A DNA stretch of 64,000 nt from the NCBI GenBank assembly GCA_049320885.1, contig JBMORA010000045.1, forward strand, positions 18,511 through 82,510. Direction: 5' to 3'. Under the pieces are notes generated by a model, which saw only the letters and a list, made by a program, of their open reading frames with translations, made no database searches and had not been told where the DNA came from. The stretch is from Thermodesulfobacteriota bacterium (GTDB lineage: Bacteria; Desulfobacterota; Desulfobacteria; Desulfobacterales; SURF-7). Of the stretch, positions 47,114 through 56,375 are shown piece by piece (position 1 is the first letter of the stretch; each line of letters starts with the position of its first letter). Made by a program: the position numbers and the translations under genes.

Positions 47114-47680
47114 TCAGTCCACCCAGAAGTGTTTGGCCAGGGTTCGCCGCTTGTTCCACAGGTTCGACTTGTCGGTGAACCCGGCGATACCCTGCCCCTG
47201 GTCAGCGTCGGCCACCTGCCAGAAGCCGTTCACCGCCCCGCTCAATCCGCCGGAGAGCAGTTCAAATCCCTGGGCTGTGTAGAGATCGGTTTCACAACCC
47301 CGGTTGATGATCACCTTGAGCTGGCGGCAGGCCTGCTGGTTCTTGACCCGCAGCACCTCCAGCAGGGCCTCCACTTCCCGGTCCAGGCTGTCGTCGGCCA
47401 CGACGCGGTTCCAGAGTCCCCATTCCACCGCCTTGCTGGCCGGATGCAGGGCGCCGATGATGTTGATCTCTTTTGTGCGCCGCTTGCCGATATACCGGGC
47501 CATGCGGGTGGTGCCGCCCCAGCCCGGCGTGATGCCGCTGTCCACCTCGGGCATGCCCCACTGGGCCCTTTCCGTGGCGATGACGAAATCGCTGGCCATG
47601 GTGATCTCCAGCCCGCCGCCCACGGCGTAGCCGTCCACCGCGCTGATGGTCATCTTGTCCAGTTCTTCCAAGGTTTCAGG
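47114..47680 (-). pseudogene. 5'-truncated enoyl-CoA hydratase/isomerase (crotonase) gene
   Basis: AVDGYAVGGGLE, GMPE..GITPGWGG. The N-terminal region with the AGxDL oxyanion motif is absent; an in-frame TAA lies about ten codons upstream and there is no RBS. Confidence 0.7.
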
Positions 47681-47689
47681 GGAACGGAC

Positions 47690-47765
47690 AATTATTAGCT
47701 TTTAATTTGCAAGCTAATAATTCCTAACCAATCAGCTTGCGATTTGCAAGTAGATTTTTTATACT
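47690..47765. promoter_or_regulatory. Paired palindromic operators overlapping the hxlR promoter
   Basis: Perfect inverted repeat AATTATTAGCTT-N9-AAGCTAATAATT (47690-47722); related CTTGC-N5-GCAAG (47736-47750); TTGCGA-17-TATACT (47737-47765). Confidence 0.7.
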
Positions 47766-47792
47766 GCCGGCATCGTCCATAAAGGAGGTGAA

Positions 47793-48278
47793 ATGCGCAT
47801 GAAGCCAACCCCGGTCAGCCACCGGGTATGTTCGGTGGCCAGAACCCTCGAGATTCTCGGCGATCGCTGGATTTTCCTGATCCTGCGGGAAGCCTTTTTC
47901 GGGGTCCGGAACTACGACCAGTTTCTCTCCAACCTGGGAATCGCCACCAACATTCTTTCGGACCGGCTCAAAATCCTGGTTTCCCATGGCATCCTGGAGA
48001 AGCGGAAAGACCGGGTCGACGCCCGCCGCAACCGCTACCGCCTGACGGAAAAAGGACTGGACCTGTATACCATCGTCCTGGCCTTCATGCAGTGGGGGGA
48101 CCGCTGGCTGGCGGATGCGGACGGCCCGCCGCTGGAATTGTTCCACAAAAATTGCGGCAACCGCCTGACGCCGGTCATGAGCTGCGCGGCCTGCGGAAAA
48201 CCCGTGATTCCAAAGGAAGTAGGCTATATGGAGAAAAATCCCTTTCAGCCCAAAGGAAAAACCGCTCTGAAGGAATGA
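47793..48278 (+). CDS. HxlR-family winged-helix transcriptional regulator
   Basis: CSVARTLEILGDRW, LSDRLKIL, YRLTEKG, WGDRW; AGGAGG RBS. Confidence 0.92.
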   Translation: MRMKPTPVSHRVCSVARTLEILGDRWIFLILREAFFGVRNYDQFLSNLGIATNILSDRLKILVSHGILEKRKDRVDARRNRYRLTEKGLDLYTIVLAFMQWGDRWLADADGPPLELFHKNCGNRLTPVMSCAACGKPVIPKEVGYMEKNPFQPKGKTALKE

Positions 48279-48290
48279 AGGCGCCTGAAG

Positions 48291-49760
48291 GTGTCGATGC
48301 GAATGGAGGATTTCATGAACACCCATCAATGGGAAAAAAACGCGCCCCTGCTCCTGGTATCTGTTGTACTGATTATCGGCGGATGCCTTCATCAAACCAA
48401 CCTGCCGCTGCTCACCGCTTATTCCGGCGATGAACGCCCGATCCTCATCACCGGCGTCGACCTCTTCACTGGCAAGGCCGATGAAGCGGTACGCGAGAAT
48501 GTCCATATCCTGATCGAAGACGGCCGCATTGCCCGGATCAGCGACGAACCCATCGCCGCCCCGAAAGCCCGGGTAATTCCGGCCGACGGTAAAATGATCA
48601 TGCCGGGCCTTATCGATTCCCATGTGCATGTCGTAGGTTCCGGCGCACCGCCCCAGCTCAAGGCCCTGCCGAATCCGGAACGTAACCTCACCGCCTTCCT
48701 GTATGCTGGCATCACCACAGTGGTGGACACCGGCGGTCCGCCGGAAACCCTGAAGGCACTGGCGGATCGGGTCGAATGCCTGGAACTGGCCGGACCGCGC
48801 CTTATCTATGCCGGTAAAATCCTGGCCCGGTCCGGCGGGCACCCGGCGGCCATGATTCGCAACCTGGCGCCCTGGCCCCTCAATTCCCTGATCATCGCGG
48901 ACATCATGTTCGAACTGGAAGACGACGCGGATATTCCAGTCATGGTACGCGAAAACAAGGCTGAGGGAGCCCGTTTCACCAAGCTGGTGGTGGATCAGAT
49001 TCCGCTGAAAGTACCATCCCTGAATGCGCAGCAGGTTGCCCGGATTGTTTCGGCCGCTCGGGAGGAAGGCATGGAAACCGTAGCCCATATCGGTTCCGAG
49101 GAGGACATCCTGACCTGTCTAGAAGGAGGGATCCACGTATTCATCCACGGCCCCTATCGGTCCCGTCTATCAGAAGAGACCATTCAGCGGATGAAGCGGG
49201 GAAATTGCATCGTGATTCCCACCGTCGCCGTTTTCGACAACCTGGAAATCTGGGCTCAAAACCGGCCGTATTTCAGCTCCCTGGACGCGGAAATCACCGA
49301 TCCGGTTATCCTGGCGGCCTACCGGGAGCCGGTTTCCGAGGAAACCACCGATCCCCGGATGACGGAATGGCTCAAGGAAGCCATCCGGCATGAGACGGAG
49401 AAGTTCGACATCACGGCCAGGATGAAAGTTGCCGGCATGGTGCTCCTGGCCGGCAGCGACAGCATCAACGTGGCCTCTTCCCCCGGCGCCACCCTGCACC
49501 GGGAAATGGAACTGCTCGCAACCCGCTGTGGCTTCACCCCCGAGGAGGCCGTGGCCGCCGCCACCTCCATCCCCGGCCATTACTACGCCGGGATTCTCGG
49601 CATACCCGGACTCGGCTGCCTCGAGGAAGGCGCCCCGGCGGACCTTGTAATCCTCAACGGCGATTTCCGAAAGGACATCACCCGGACCCGGGATATCCAT
49701 GAAGTCATCATCCGGGGCAAACGGGTGGAGCGCCGAACGCCGGATCATACCGAACTGTAA
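48291..49760 (+). CDS. Metal-dependent amidohydrolase family protein, possibly exported
   Basis: IMPGLIDSHVH, GITTVVD, AHIG, HG, AGSD, GAPADLVIL; hydrophobic leader with GGC. Start uncertain (48297 or 48315). Confidence 0.87.
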   Translation: MSMRMEDFMNTHQWEKNAPLLLVSVVLIIGGCLHQTNLPLLTAYSGDERPILITGVDLFTGKADEAVRENVHILIEDGRIARISDEPIAAPKARVIPADGKMIMPGLIDSHVHVVGSGAPPQLKALPNPERNLTAFLYAGITTVVDTGGPPETLKALADRVECLELAGPRLIYAGKILARSGGHPAAMIRNLAPWPLNSLIIADIMFELEDDADIPVMVRENKAEGARFTKLVVDQIPLKVPSLNAQQVARIVSAAREEGMETVAHIGSEEDILTCLEGGIHVFIHGPYRSRLSEETIQRMKRGNCIVIPTVAVFDNLEIWAQNRPYFSSLDAEITDPVILAAYREPVSEETTDPRMTEWLKEAIRHETEKFDITARMKVAGMVLLAGSDSINVASSPGATLHREMELLATRCGFTPEEAVAAATSIPGHYYAGILGIPGLGCLEEGAPADLVILNGDFRKDITRTRDIHEVIIRGKRVERRTPDHTEL

Positions 49761-49872
49761 CAAGGCCGCCCAAGCCGTTTTTTTCCGGCCCGGCGCTGTT
49801 GCGGGAGATAACCATACAGCCGCTGAGCGCTGGTTCCGCAGTGCCGTGCGCTGCGGAATTGGCGCCGGGCCT

Positions 49873-50118
49873 TCAACGGCAGGCATTGTCATGTCCTTTG
49901 CCCTTGCGCTGGCGACAAAGCTGTTGATAGATTCTGCGGGGTAGCTTTCCATCGAAATTCCGGCTGAGGTATTCGTTAAAACCGTTCAAGGCATGCAGCC
50001 TTCCTTCGAGAAAACGCCGGTTGGGATGCCCGACCTCATACTCGGCCAGGGCGGCTGTCACCGTCAGGATGCGTTGATCCACGCGCTGGTATATCTCTAA
50101 CAGATAGTTGTGAGACAA
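49873..50118 (-). CDS. Small helical hypothetical protein (paralog of the upstream gene)
   Basis: TTG start after AAAGGAA; NYLLEI...FLEGRLHALNGFNEYL. Confidence 0.7.
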   Translation of the reverse strand: MSHNYLLEIYQRVDQRILTVTAALAEYEVGHPNRRFLEGRLHALNGFNEYLSRNFDGKLPRRIYQQLCRQRKGKGHDNACR

Positions 50119-50153
50119 TGGTGTTCCTTTGCTATTTCCCTGTCGGGCCAGTC

Positions 50154-50351
50154 TCAAGGATAGGACTGAGTGGCCAGATTATAGTGCTCCGCGAGATAGG
50201 CCTTGAACTCCATGAGTTCCTGCAGCTGTCCTTCCTGGAAGGCCACTTCCAACACATCGTCCTGCTGCGAAATGTCCGCTCTCCGGGATTTGATCTGCTC
50301 CAATGTCTCGCTGATATGGCGATGAATTTCCAAAAGATACTGATTTGCCAT
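50154..50351 (-). CDS. Small helical hypothetical protein
   Basis: MANQYLLEI...FQEGQLQELMEFKAYL. Confidence 0.72.
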   Translation of the reverse strand: MANQYLLEIHRHISETLEQIKSRRADISQQDDVLEVAFQEGQLQELMEFKAYLAEHYNLATQSYP

Positions 50352-50513
50352 CTTCTTTCCCAATCCCAAAAACGCGGAGATTCCTATTCCTATTTCTTCA
50401 TCTATAGAAAAAGGCCTTTTTGTGTCAAGAATATTGTCGAAGGGGCGCGCCGAGATAACATCTTTTTAATCAATATTGAAAACTTTCCGTCGATGGACTG
50501 ATGGCGCGTATTA

Positions 50514-51485
50514 TCAGAAACTGCACGCGATCCCGATGGACCACCCTTGCACGTTGTCGCCGAACTTGTATCGCCCCAGGATGCGCGTGCGGGTAACAAT
50601 GACCCGGTAGGCGCTGGAATCCAGTTCAAAACCAGCTCCCATGGATGACAGCCAGTCAAATCCCAGGGCGCCGCGAAGATCTCCCAGGAATTGCGTGTGG
50701 GAGAACTCCAGCACATACCGCACCGGCCGCTTGAGGGCCGTCAGGCCCGTGGGCGCGCGCCATCGGGACCAGAGACTCAGGCTCTGGGTATCCGCATCCC
50801 CCTCGATCAGTTCCGACGAGCTGCTGATGCTTTGCAGATAAATATTGGTATAGCGCAATTCGACATCGATCTCGTTCTCCGGTCGGTAGCGCTCATAGTC
50901 CAGCATCAGCGAACCGCCAAGCCCCAGCGACTCGCAATGACCGCTGTTCAGGAATCTCATGTCCTGCCCGTTATAATGCTCGATGAGCCGCCGGGAGATC
51001 GAGGCATCGCTCTCCACATGCCCCAGGGAGCAGTTCACGATCGGCCGGAGAACGAGGTCCTGGACCATGGGAAAATCCCATCCGACCCCCACGGTGACGG
51101 ATAAACTGTTCCACTTGAAAGGAATCGATCGCGACTCGACTCCGTCGGTAAGCACGAAAGTGGGATCGTAGCGGCTGAACGCCGCGGTTCCCTCAAGATA
51201 AACCGGCAGGCTCTTGCTGACGGTAAAACCGGCGCCCAGGGAGGTCATGGCAAAACCCGGATTGCCGGTTTCGGCATTGGAAAAGGACAGGGAACCCGTG
51301 GTGACATCCGGGGTGAGGCTGTATCCCATCAGGGTCAGCACGCCGTTGACCAATCGATCCAGGTTGGTCCCGATCACCGCCGCCGGTTCCGCGGCGACCG
51401 GCGCTGCCGCCGGCACCACCCCCATCACGATGAAAAAAGCGGTCATCAGCGCCGGGAAAAATTTCGCGCGACGGGTCTTCATCAT
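50514..51485 (-). CDS. Solitary autotransporter-type outer-membrane beta-barrel protein
   Basis: Signal peptide, amphipathic strands, C-terminal Phe, no long passenger domain. Confidence 0.65.
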   Translation of the reverse strand: MMKTRRAKFFPALMTAFFIVMGVVPAAAPVAAEPAAVIGTNLDRLVNGVLTLMGYSLTPDVTTGSLSFSNAETGNPGFAMTSLGAGFTVSKSLPVYLEGTAAFSRYDPTFVLTDGVESRSIPFKWNSLSVTVGVGWDFPMVQDLVLRPIVNCSLGHVESDASISRRLIEHYNGQDMRFLNSGHCESLGLGGSLMLDYERYRPENEIDVELRYTNIYLQSISSSSELIEGDADTQSLSLWSRWRAPTGLTALKRPVRYVLEFSHTQFLGDLRGALGFDWLSSMGAGFELDSSAYRVIVTRTRILGRYKFGDNVQGWSIGIACSF

Positions 51486-51749
51486 GAACGCGACAGCGTG
51501 CTTTTCATTGCCATCACCCTCCCCCACAATATCCGCTTTTGTCACACCCGCGTTACCGCATGACGGCTCATCAGCCAAAATCAATTTCCGGCCTTGTATT
51601 GCAAAGGATTCATTATAGCCAGATCTTGGGTGCATGACAATACATTCATGAGGCGGTGATAAGACGCCCCCGCGAACGGCAGGGGCAGGAGATCCGGTGA
51701 CGGGGTTCGCGATGATCGCGGGATCTTAGGTACAGACCCATTGTACGCT

Positions 51750-52685
51750 TTATCTTTTAACGCCGGGCGACTGCAGATGCGACCATGAAGCCACCGGCGG
51801 GCGGGTTTCAGGGCTGGCGTCCGGTACGGCTTCCGTCCGCCACAACGATTCCTCCCGGGACTGCCACAGACGGACCGTTTTCGCGGCAGACTCCACATGG
51901 GACTGGACGATCCGGATGATTTCCGGGCCGTGGGTGATCGGCGACATGTGCCCGGCATTCCCGACCTGGACGAACTTCGCTGCCGGTATGGTGGCCGCCA
52001 GCTGCCGGGCCACCCATTGGATCGGCAACGGACTGCGATCCCCGGAAACCATTATTGTCGGCGCCGTGATGCAACGAAAATCGTTCAGCCGCCTGGAATC
52101 CGCCGTGATCGCCTCCCACCCCCAAACGACCTTTTCCATTCCCGAGGCCAACAAATGCCGCACCGGTTCCGGAAGGCTGTTCCAGGCCTGCTCGCCGCTC
52201 CAATAAGCGACGAAACAGCGGGCTGCGGACAAGGCATCCCCACCCTCCAGCGCTGACCGGCAGGCCTCCTTCACCATCATAAGCTCCGTATAGTCCTGAT
52301 TCCGGGGATAGGCGGTCAGCAGATGGAAGGCCACGGGCTCGATCAATATCAGACTGCTGAACAGATGCGGGAATTGAAGGGCAAGGCGCATGGCGACGAC
52401 GCCGCCATAGGAGTGGCCGACCACATGCACCGGGCCGCCGGTGGACTCGATCAGGGCCCTGATAAGGCGGCCTTCCGCCTCCAGAAGTCCGGACCAGTCC
52501 TTGCGCCCGGGCGTCCGGCCCTCGCCGAGGAGGTCCGGAATCAGGACTCGATGGCCAGGATTCAACGCCATCTTGATTTTCTGCCATTGAACGCCGGAAC
52601 TGGCCGCTGCATGCAGCAGCAGAACCGGCTCCCCTGCCCCGCTGTCATCCAGGTAAACCTGTACCCCGTCGATCCGCACCAACAT
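51750..52685 (-). CDS. Alpha/beta fold hydrolase
   Basis: PDLLGEG, GHSYGG nucleophile elbow, SGDRS, AGHM; GGAGG RBS. Confidence 0.9.
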   Translation of the reverse strand: MLVRIDGVQVYLDDSGAGEPVLLLHAAASSGVQWQKIKMALNPGHRVLIPDLLGEGRTPGRKDWSGLLEAEGRLIRALIESTGGPVHVVGHSYGGVVAMRLALQFPHLFSSLILIEPVAFHLLTAYPRNQDYTELMMVKEACRSALEGGDALSAARCFVAYWSGEQAWNSLPEPVRHLLASGMEKVVWGWEAITADSRRLNDFRCITAPTIMVSGDRSPLPIQWVARQLAATIPAAKFVQVGNAGHMSPITHGPEIIRIVQSHVESAAKTVRLWQSREESLWRTEAVPDASPETRPPVASWSHLQSPGVKR

Positions 52686-52840
52686 GGTCCCCCTCCGCCA
52701 GCAAATCCGCCTTCCGTTTCGATCGCCCGTGACAACATCCGGCACTTTTGTCGCATATTCGTTTCTTCCGTATCCGTTTGGCGCCGCCGTGTCAAGTACG
52801 ATATCGCCGGGATTTTCAGAGATGGAACCACGAAACGGCT

Positions 52841-54631
52841 TCAGGGTGCGTTTTGCCCGGAAACCAACACGCCGTCGAAGCTGCCCGCGATGGTTCCGGT
52901 GATCACCCGGGTATCGTCACAGTCATCACCGCTGCAAAGATTCTGCTCGCCCTGCATGTCGACGTCGAATGTCCCCGAAATCCGGTCGCCGATGTTCAGA
53001 CCGAAATGTTCGACCACCACCGTTCCCGATGTTGCCGAAAAAATCACTTGGCCGGCAATGGCATCCTGGTCGCGGATCTCAGCCGTCGTGAAATCGACGC
53101 CGACCTGAACGCCATCCATCAAGTCGAATATATTCCCCACGGAAGTATAGGTTCCCGGGCCGCCCAACGCCGGGTTCAGGGAAATGATGATGCGGTCTTC
53201 AAAATGGAGCGGATCGCTACCGGAATAGCCTTCAATGGCGGGGATGTTGTCCAGGGCCACATGCCCGTCCCCATCCGTGATCTGGGACAGCACGGCGCTG
53301 GTTTTTTCGCCCTCGGCGATGAGCCTGGTCTCATAGTAACCCGGAATATCGATAGTGGCGTCCACCACTCCCTCTTCCGCAGCGCTCCCGCAAGGACTGT
53401 CGCTGATCCGTGTTTTTTCTACGTAGATTTTCACGGCCGTCCACGGCGGCTTCATCTTCGTTCGCTGCTCCAGCGTCGCGCTCAATTGAATGCCGTATGG
53501 ATTCTGGGCCGGGTCGTTCAAGCATCCCGGAGCGCCGCAGAGCTCATCCTCAAGGGCCTCAAAGGGTTTCGCGTCCCGGAATTGCCGGAGGGCTTCCGCG
53601 GTCAGTTCCCCCTCCTTGGGATACCAGAATACATTCCCGCCGTTTTTGGTTTTCAGGGCCTGAATGATATCGTCGGAAGCGCTGACGCTGTTGCGGATCT
53701 TGACCTGACCGTTGTGCAGCTCCAGAGACGCCGTATGTTTGTAATGATTGAAAAAACCATCGGAGCGCTGCTCCCAGTCGCCGTCGGTAAACGCCAGGAG
53801 AACTTTCCGGCCGTTCTCCAGGTCCCTGGCATACTCCAGCAGCTTGTTGATGTCGGCGATGTCCTCCCCCTCATTATAGCTGCAAATTTCCTGGAAAAAG
53901 GTGCCGGCAAACGCCTGGATGACCTTTTCACTTCCGTCGATTTCGGTGAGGGAATAATTGGTCGACTCATCCGGCAAGGCCAGATTTTCAAACGGTTTTT
54001 TTCCCGCCTCGTCCTCATGATTCCGGATGGAATCGATCACGTTTTCGTTGGTGCACCCGCGGGCCCGGAAACTCTCCAGCATGTACTGCCAGGTTCCGGT
54101 ATGACAATTCTTTGCCAGTACGGCTCCACTGAAATGCGAGACCGTCGTTTCGGCCACATGAGACCCTTTCTGGCCGGAAACCGCCGCGTACTTTCCCGTG
54201 TAACAATAATTTCCGGGATCATTGCCGCTGAATTCGTACACCTGGGGAGCTTCGTCGCCATCCCATGTCGAAGGCAACGGGAATCGACAGACGGCCGGCA
54301 ATTTCAGGTCCAAGCCATCCGGCTCAAAGCGCAGGCCGATGACAAATTCGTCGCCGAGGCTTGTGACTTGGACAGGGGTAACCGTAATGGTGGTGTCCCC
54401 GGGAAGGGCATCCGGCGGGATCGTCACCGAAGCGCCGTTTTCCAGGGTGATCGTGCCCCCCTGGTCGGCCAGGATCGTCGCGGACGCCGCGGACGGCGGA
54501 CTGTCCGGATCGGCATTCTGAGCGGATGAATCATCGTCGCTCCCGCCGCTGCAGGCGGCGATACTGATCAGAAACCATAGGGCGATGAATCGTGCGATTA
54601 CTGAATATAACGATTGTTCCGGTGCATGCAT
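52841..54631 (-). CDS. Hypothetical lipoprotein with a ZU5-like N-terminal domain
   Basis: IAAC lipobox, GGTITLENGASVTIPPDAL, FEPDGL, TVSHFS; AGGAGG RBS. Confidence 0.7.
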   Translation of the reverse strand: MHAPEQSLYSVIARFIALWFLISIAACSGGSDDDSSAQNADPDSPPSAASATILADQGGTITLENGASVTIPPDALPGDTTITVTPVQVTSLGDEFVIGLRFEPDGLDLKLPAVCRFPLPSTWDGDEAPQVYEFSGNDPGNYCYTGKYAAVSGQKGSHVAETTVSHFSGAVLAKNCHTGTWQYMLESFRARGCTNENVIDSIRNHEDEAGKKPFENLALPDESTNYSLTEIDGSEKVIQAFAGTFFQEICSYNEGEDIADINKLLEYARDLENGRKVLLAFTDGDWEQRSDGFFNHYKHTASLELHNGQVKIRNSVSASDDIIQALKTKNGGNVFWYPKEGELTAEALRQFRDAKPFEALEDELCGAPGCLNDPAQNPYGIQLSATLEQRTKMKPPWTAVKIYVEKTRISDSPCGSAAEEGVVDATIDIPGYYETRLIAEGEKTSAVLSQITDGDGHVALDNIPAIEGYSGSDPLHFEDRIIISLNPALGGPGTYTSVGNIFDLMDGVQVGVDFTTAEIRDQDAIAGQVIFSATSGTVVVEHFGLNIGDRISGTFDVDMQGEQNLCSGDDCDDTRVITGTIAGSFDGVLVSGQNAP

Positions 54632-54914
54632 GGTTCCATCCTCCTTTCCAGTGCAGTCCCTTTCGATTCCGGGCCGGGCAGTATCGTTGATCTGTTTTTT
54701 CTCTGTATCTTCAACCGTATCACCTCCAGCGAAAACCGGCAACAGTCCGGCTCGTCACCCCTCTTGGTTCAAATGCCGGGGCGGCCTCTTTACAATTTCC
54801 CCATAACTTGATAAGCCGGTTTTCATCCAGGCTCCAATGGAGCGACCCTGTTCGACCAGCCTGAATCCATCATTCCGCTGACTCATATCGTAATGGCGCA
54901 AGGGAGGACTTACC

Positions 54915-55622
54915 ATGAAATATTTGTTGTGCGAGAACTGGGGCGGAAGAACGTATGATGCGAAAAAATCCCTCGCCGACAGCGATGATGATCTGATGTG
55001 CTGGGCCGCCGCCGCTTCCAATGTCCTCGCCTGGACCGGCTGGGGCTTTCCGGAAGGGCAGGCGTATACCGACGAAACTTCCATATTCAAGCATTTCCAG
55101 AACCACTGGCTGGATACCGCCGGTCATCCGGACGAAGCCTGGAAATGGTGGTTCAACGGGGATGAGGACAAACCGGACAGGGTGAACGTCCCGGGCGGCG
55201 GCGGGTTCTGGAAATCAGCCGGATTCGCCTTTGAGCAGTATTTCCATGCACAGTATGACCGGAGGGAAGCCCTGCCGGCCATCGACGAGTTCCTCCGTCG
55301 GGGTTACGGACTGGTGCTGGAGCTGGTAGGCCAGGGCGGCGGCCATATGATCACCTGCTGGGGGTGCGCCCGGGACGACCAGGGGCACTATACCGGAATT
55401 TATGTCACGGATTCCGATGACCCCTCGCCGGATTTGCGCCATTATGACGTATGGCAGGATACGACGGGACAGACCGGATGGGCCAGGTACAGGGACTGGT
55501 GGTATTTCACCTATCATACCCGTGCCACCCAATATCTTCTGGGCACGGTTTATGCGCTGGATCGCCGCCCCGGGATTCGGTCGGCGCCACCGGCGCCCAC
55601 CGGATTGCGCATCGTTTCCTGA
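54915..55622 (+). CDS. IdeS/Mac-1-like papain-fold cysteine protease
   Basis: YDAKK...DLMCWAAAASNVLAW, HMITCWG, GIYVTDSD; GGAGG RBS. Confidence 0.72.
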   Translation: MKYLLCENWGGRTYDAKKSLADSDDDLMCWAAAASNVLAWTGWGFPEGQAYTDETSIFKHFQNHWLDTAGHPDEAWKWWFNGDEDKPDRVNVPGGGGFWKSAGFAFEQYFHAQYDRREALPAIDEFLRRGYGLVLELVGQGGGHMITCWGCARDDQGHYTGIYVTDSDDPSPDLRHYDVWQDTTGQTGWARYRDWWYFTYHTRATQYLLGTVYALDRRPGIRSAPPAPTGLRIVS

Positions 55623-55718
55623 AAACGGGGCGCTCACCGCCAGCAGGTTTTACAAGGGGCCGGACCTTTCCGGCAAACGCCCGTGGCTCGAACGTTCCAG
55701 CACCGGAAGGCTTGCGGA

Positions 55719-56321
55719 ATGAAAAACAAACATCAGCAACTTCAAAAACTCTATGCGGATTTCGAACAGGCGGCGGCGGAAGGCAAGGCAGGCGCCGCCT
55801 GTAATAAGGGGTGCGCCTTCTGCTGCACGGATGCGGGCGTCATCGATATCACCACCATGGAGGGGCTGGTGATTCTGGACAGAATGACCGCGCTGCCCAA
55901 ACCCCGGGCCGGCCTGATAACCAAGGCCCTGCAACAGGACATGAAAAAACGGGAACAGGGCCGGGCATCGGCCTGCCCTTTCCTGATGAAAAACAAGGCC
56001 TGCCTGATCTATGACGTCCGGCCCTTCGCCTGCCGCCGGATGTATTCCCTGCGAACCTGCAGCAAGGAAACCCCGCCGGTCGTCAGCCGACGAGTCATGG
56101 ACCTGGCCGGACAAACCATCGCCGCCTTGCAGCGGCTGGACGACAACGGGTATTCCGGTCACATTTCCTACATTTTATGCATGCTGCAAGCCCCCCGGTT
56201 CGCCGCCGTCTATTGCGCCGGCGGCTTCAAACCCGAAGAGATCGCCGTGTTCGGAAAGACCCATCGCATTGCCTTCAATCGCCAGGTGCCGGACGCAGAT
56301 CCGGCCTTGACAATCCCTTGA
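55719..56321 (+). CDS. YkgJ-family Cys-cluster protein
   Basis: ACNKGCAFCC...CPFL...CLIYDVRPFACR. Confidence 0.88.
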   Translation: MKNKHQQLQKLYADFEQAAAEGKAGAACNKGCAFCCTDAGVIDITTMEGLVILDRMTALPKPRAGLITKALQQDMKKREQGRASACPFLMKNKACLIYDVRPFACRRMYSLRTCSKETPPVVSRRVMDLAGQTIAALQRLDDNGYSGHISYILCMLQAPRFAAVYCAGGFKPEEIAVFGKTHRIAFNRQVPDADPALTIP

Positions 56322-56375
56322 ACAGGGTCGCCGTCCACCGACCCGACTGGAAACAGGCATCTGCAAAGCCCGCCC

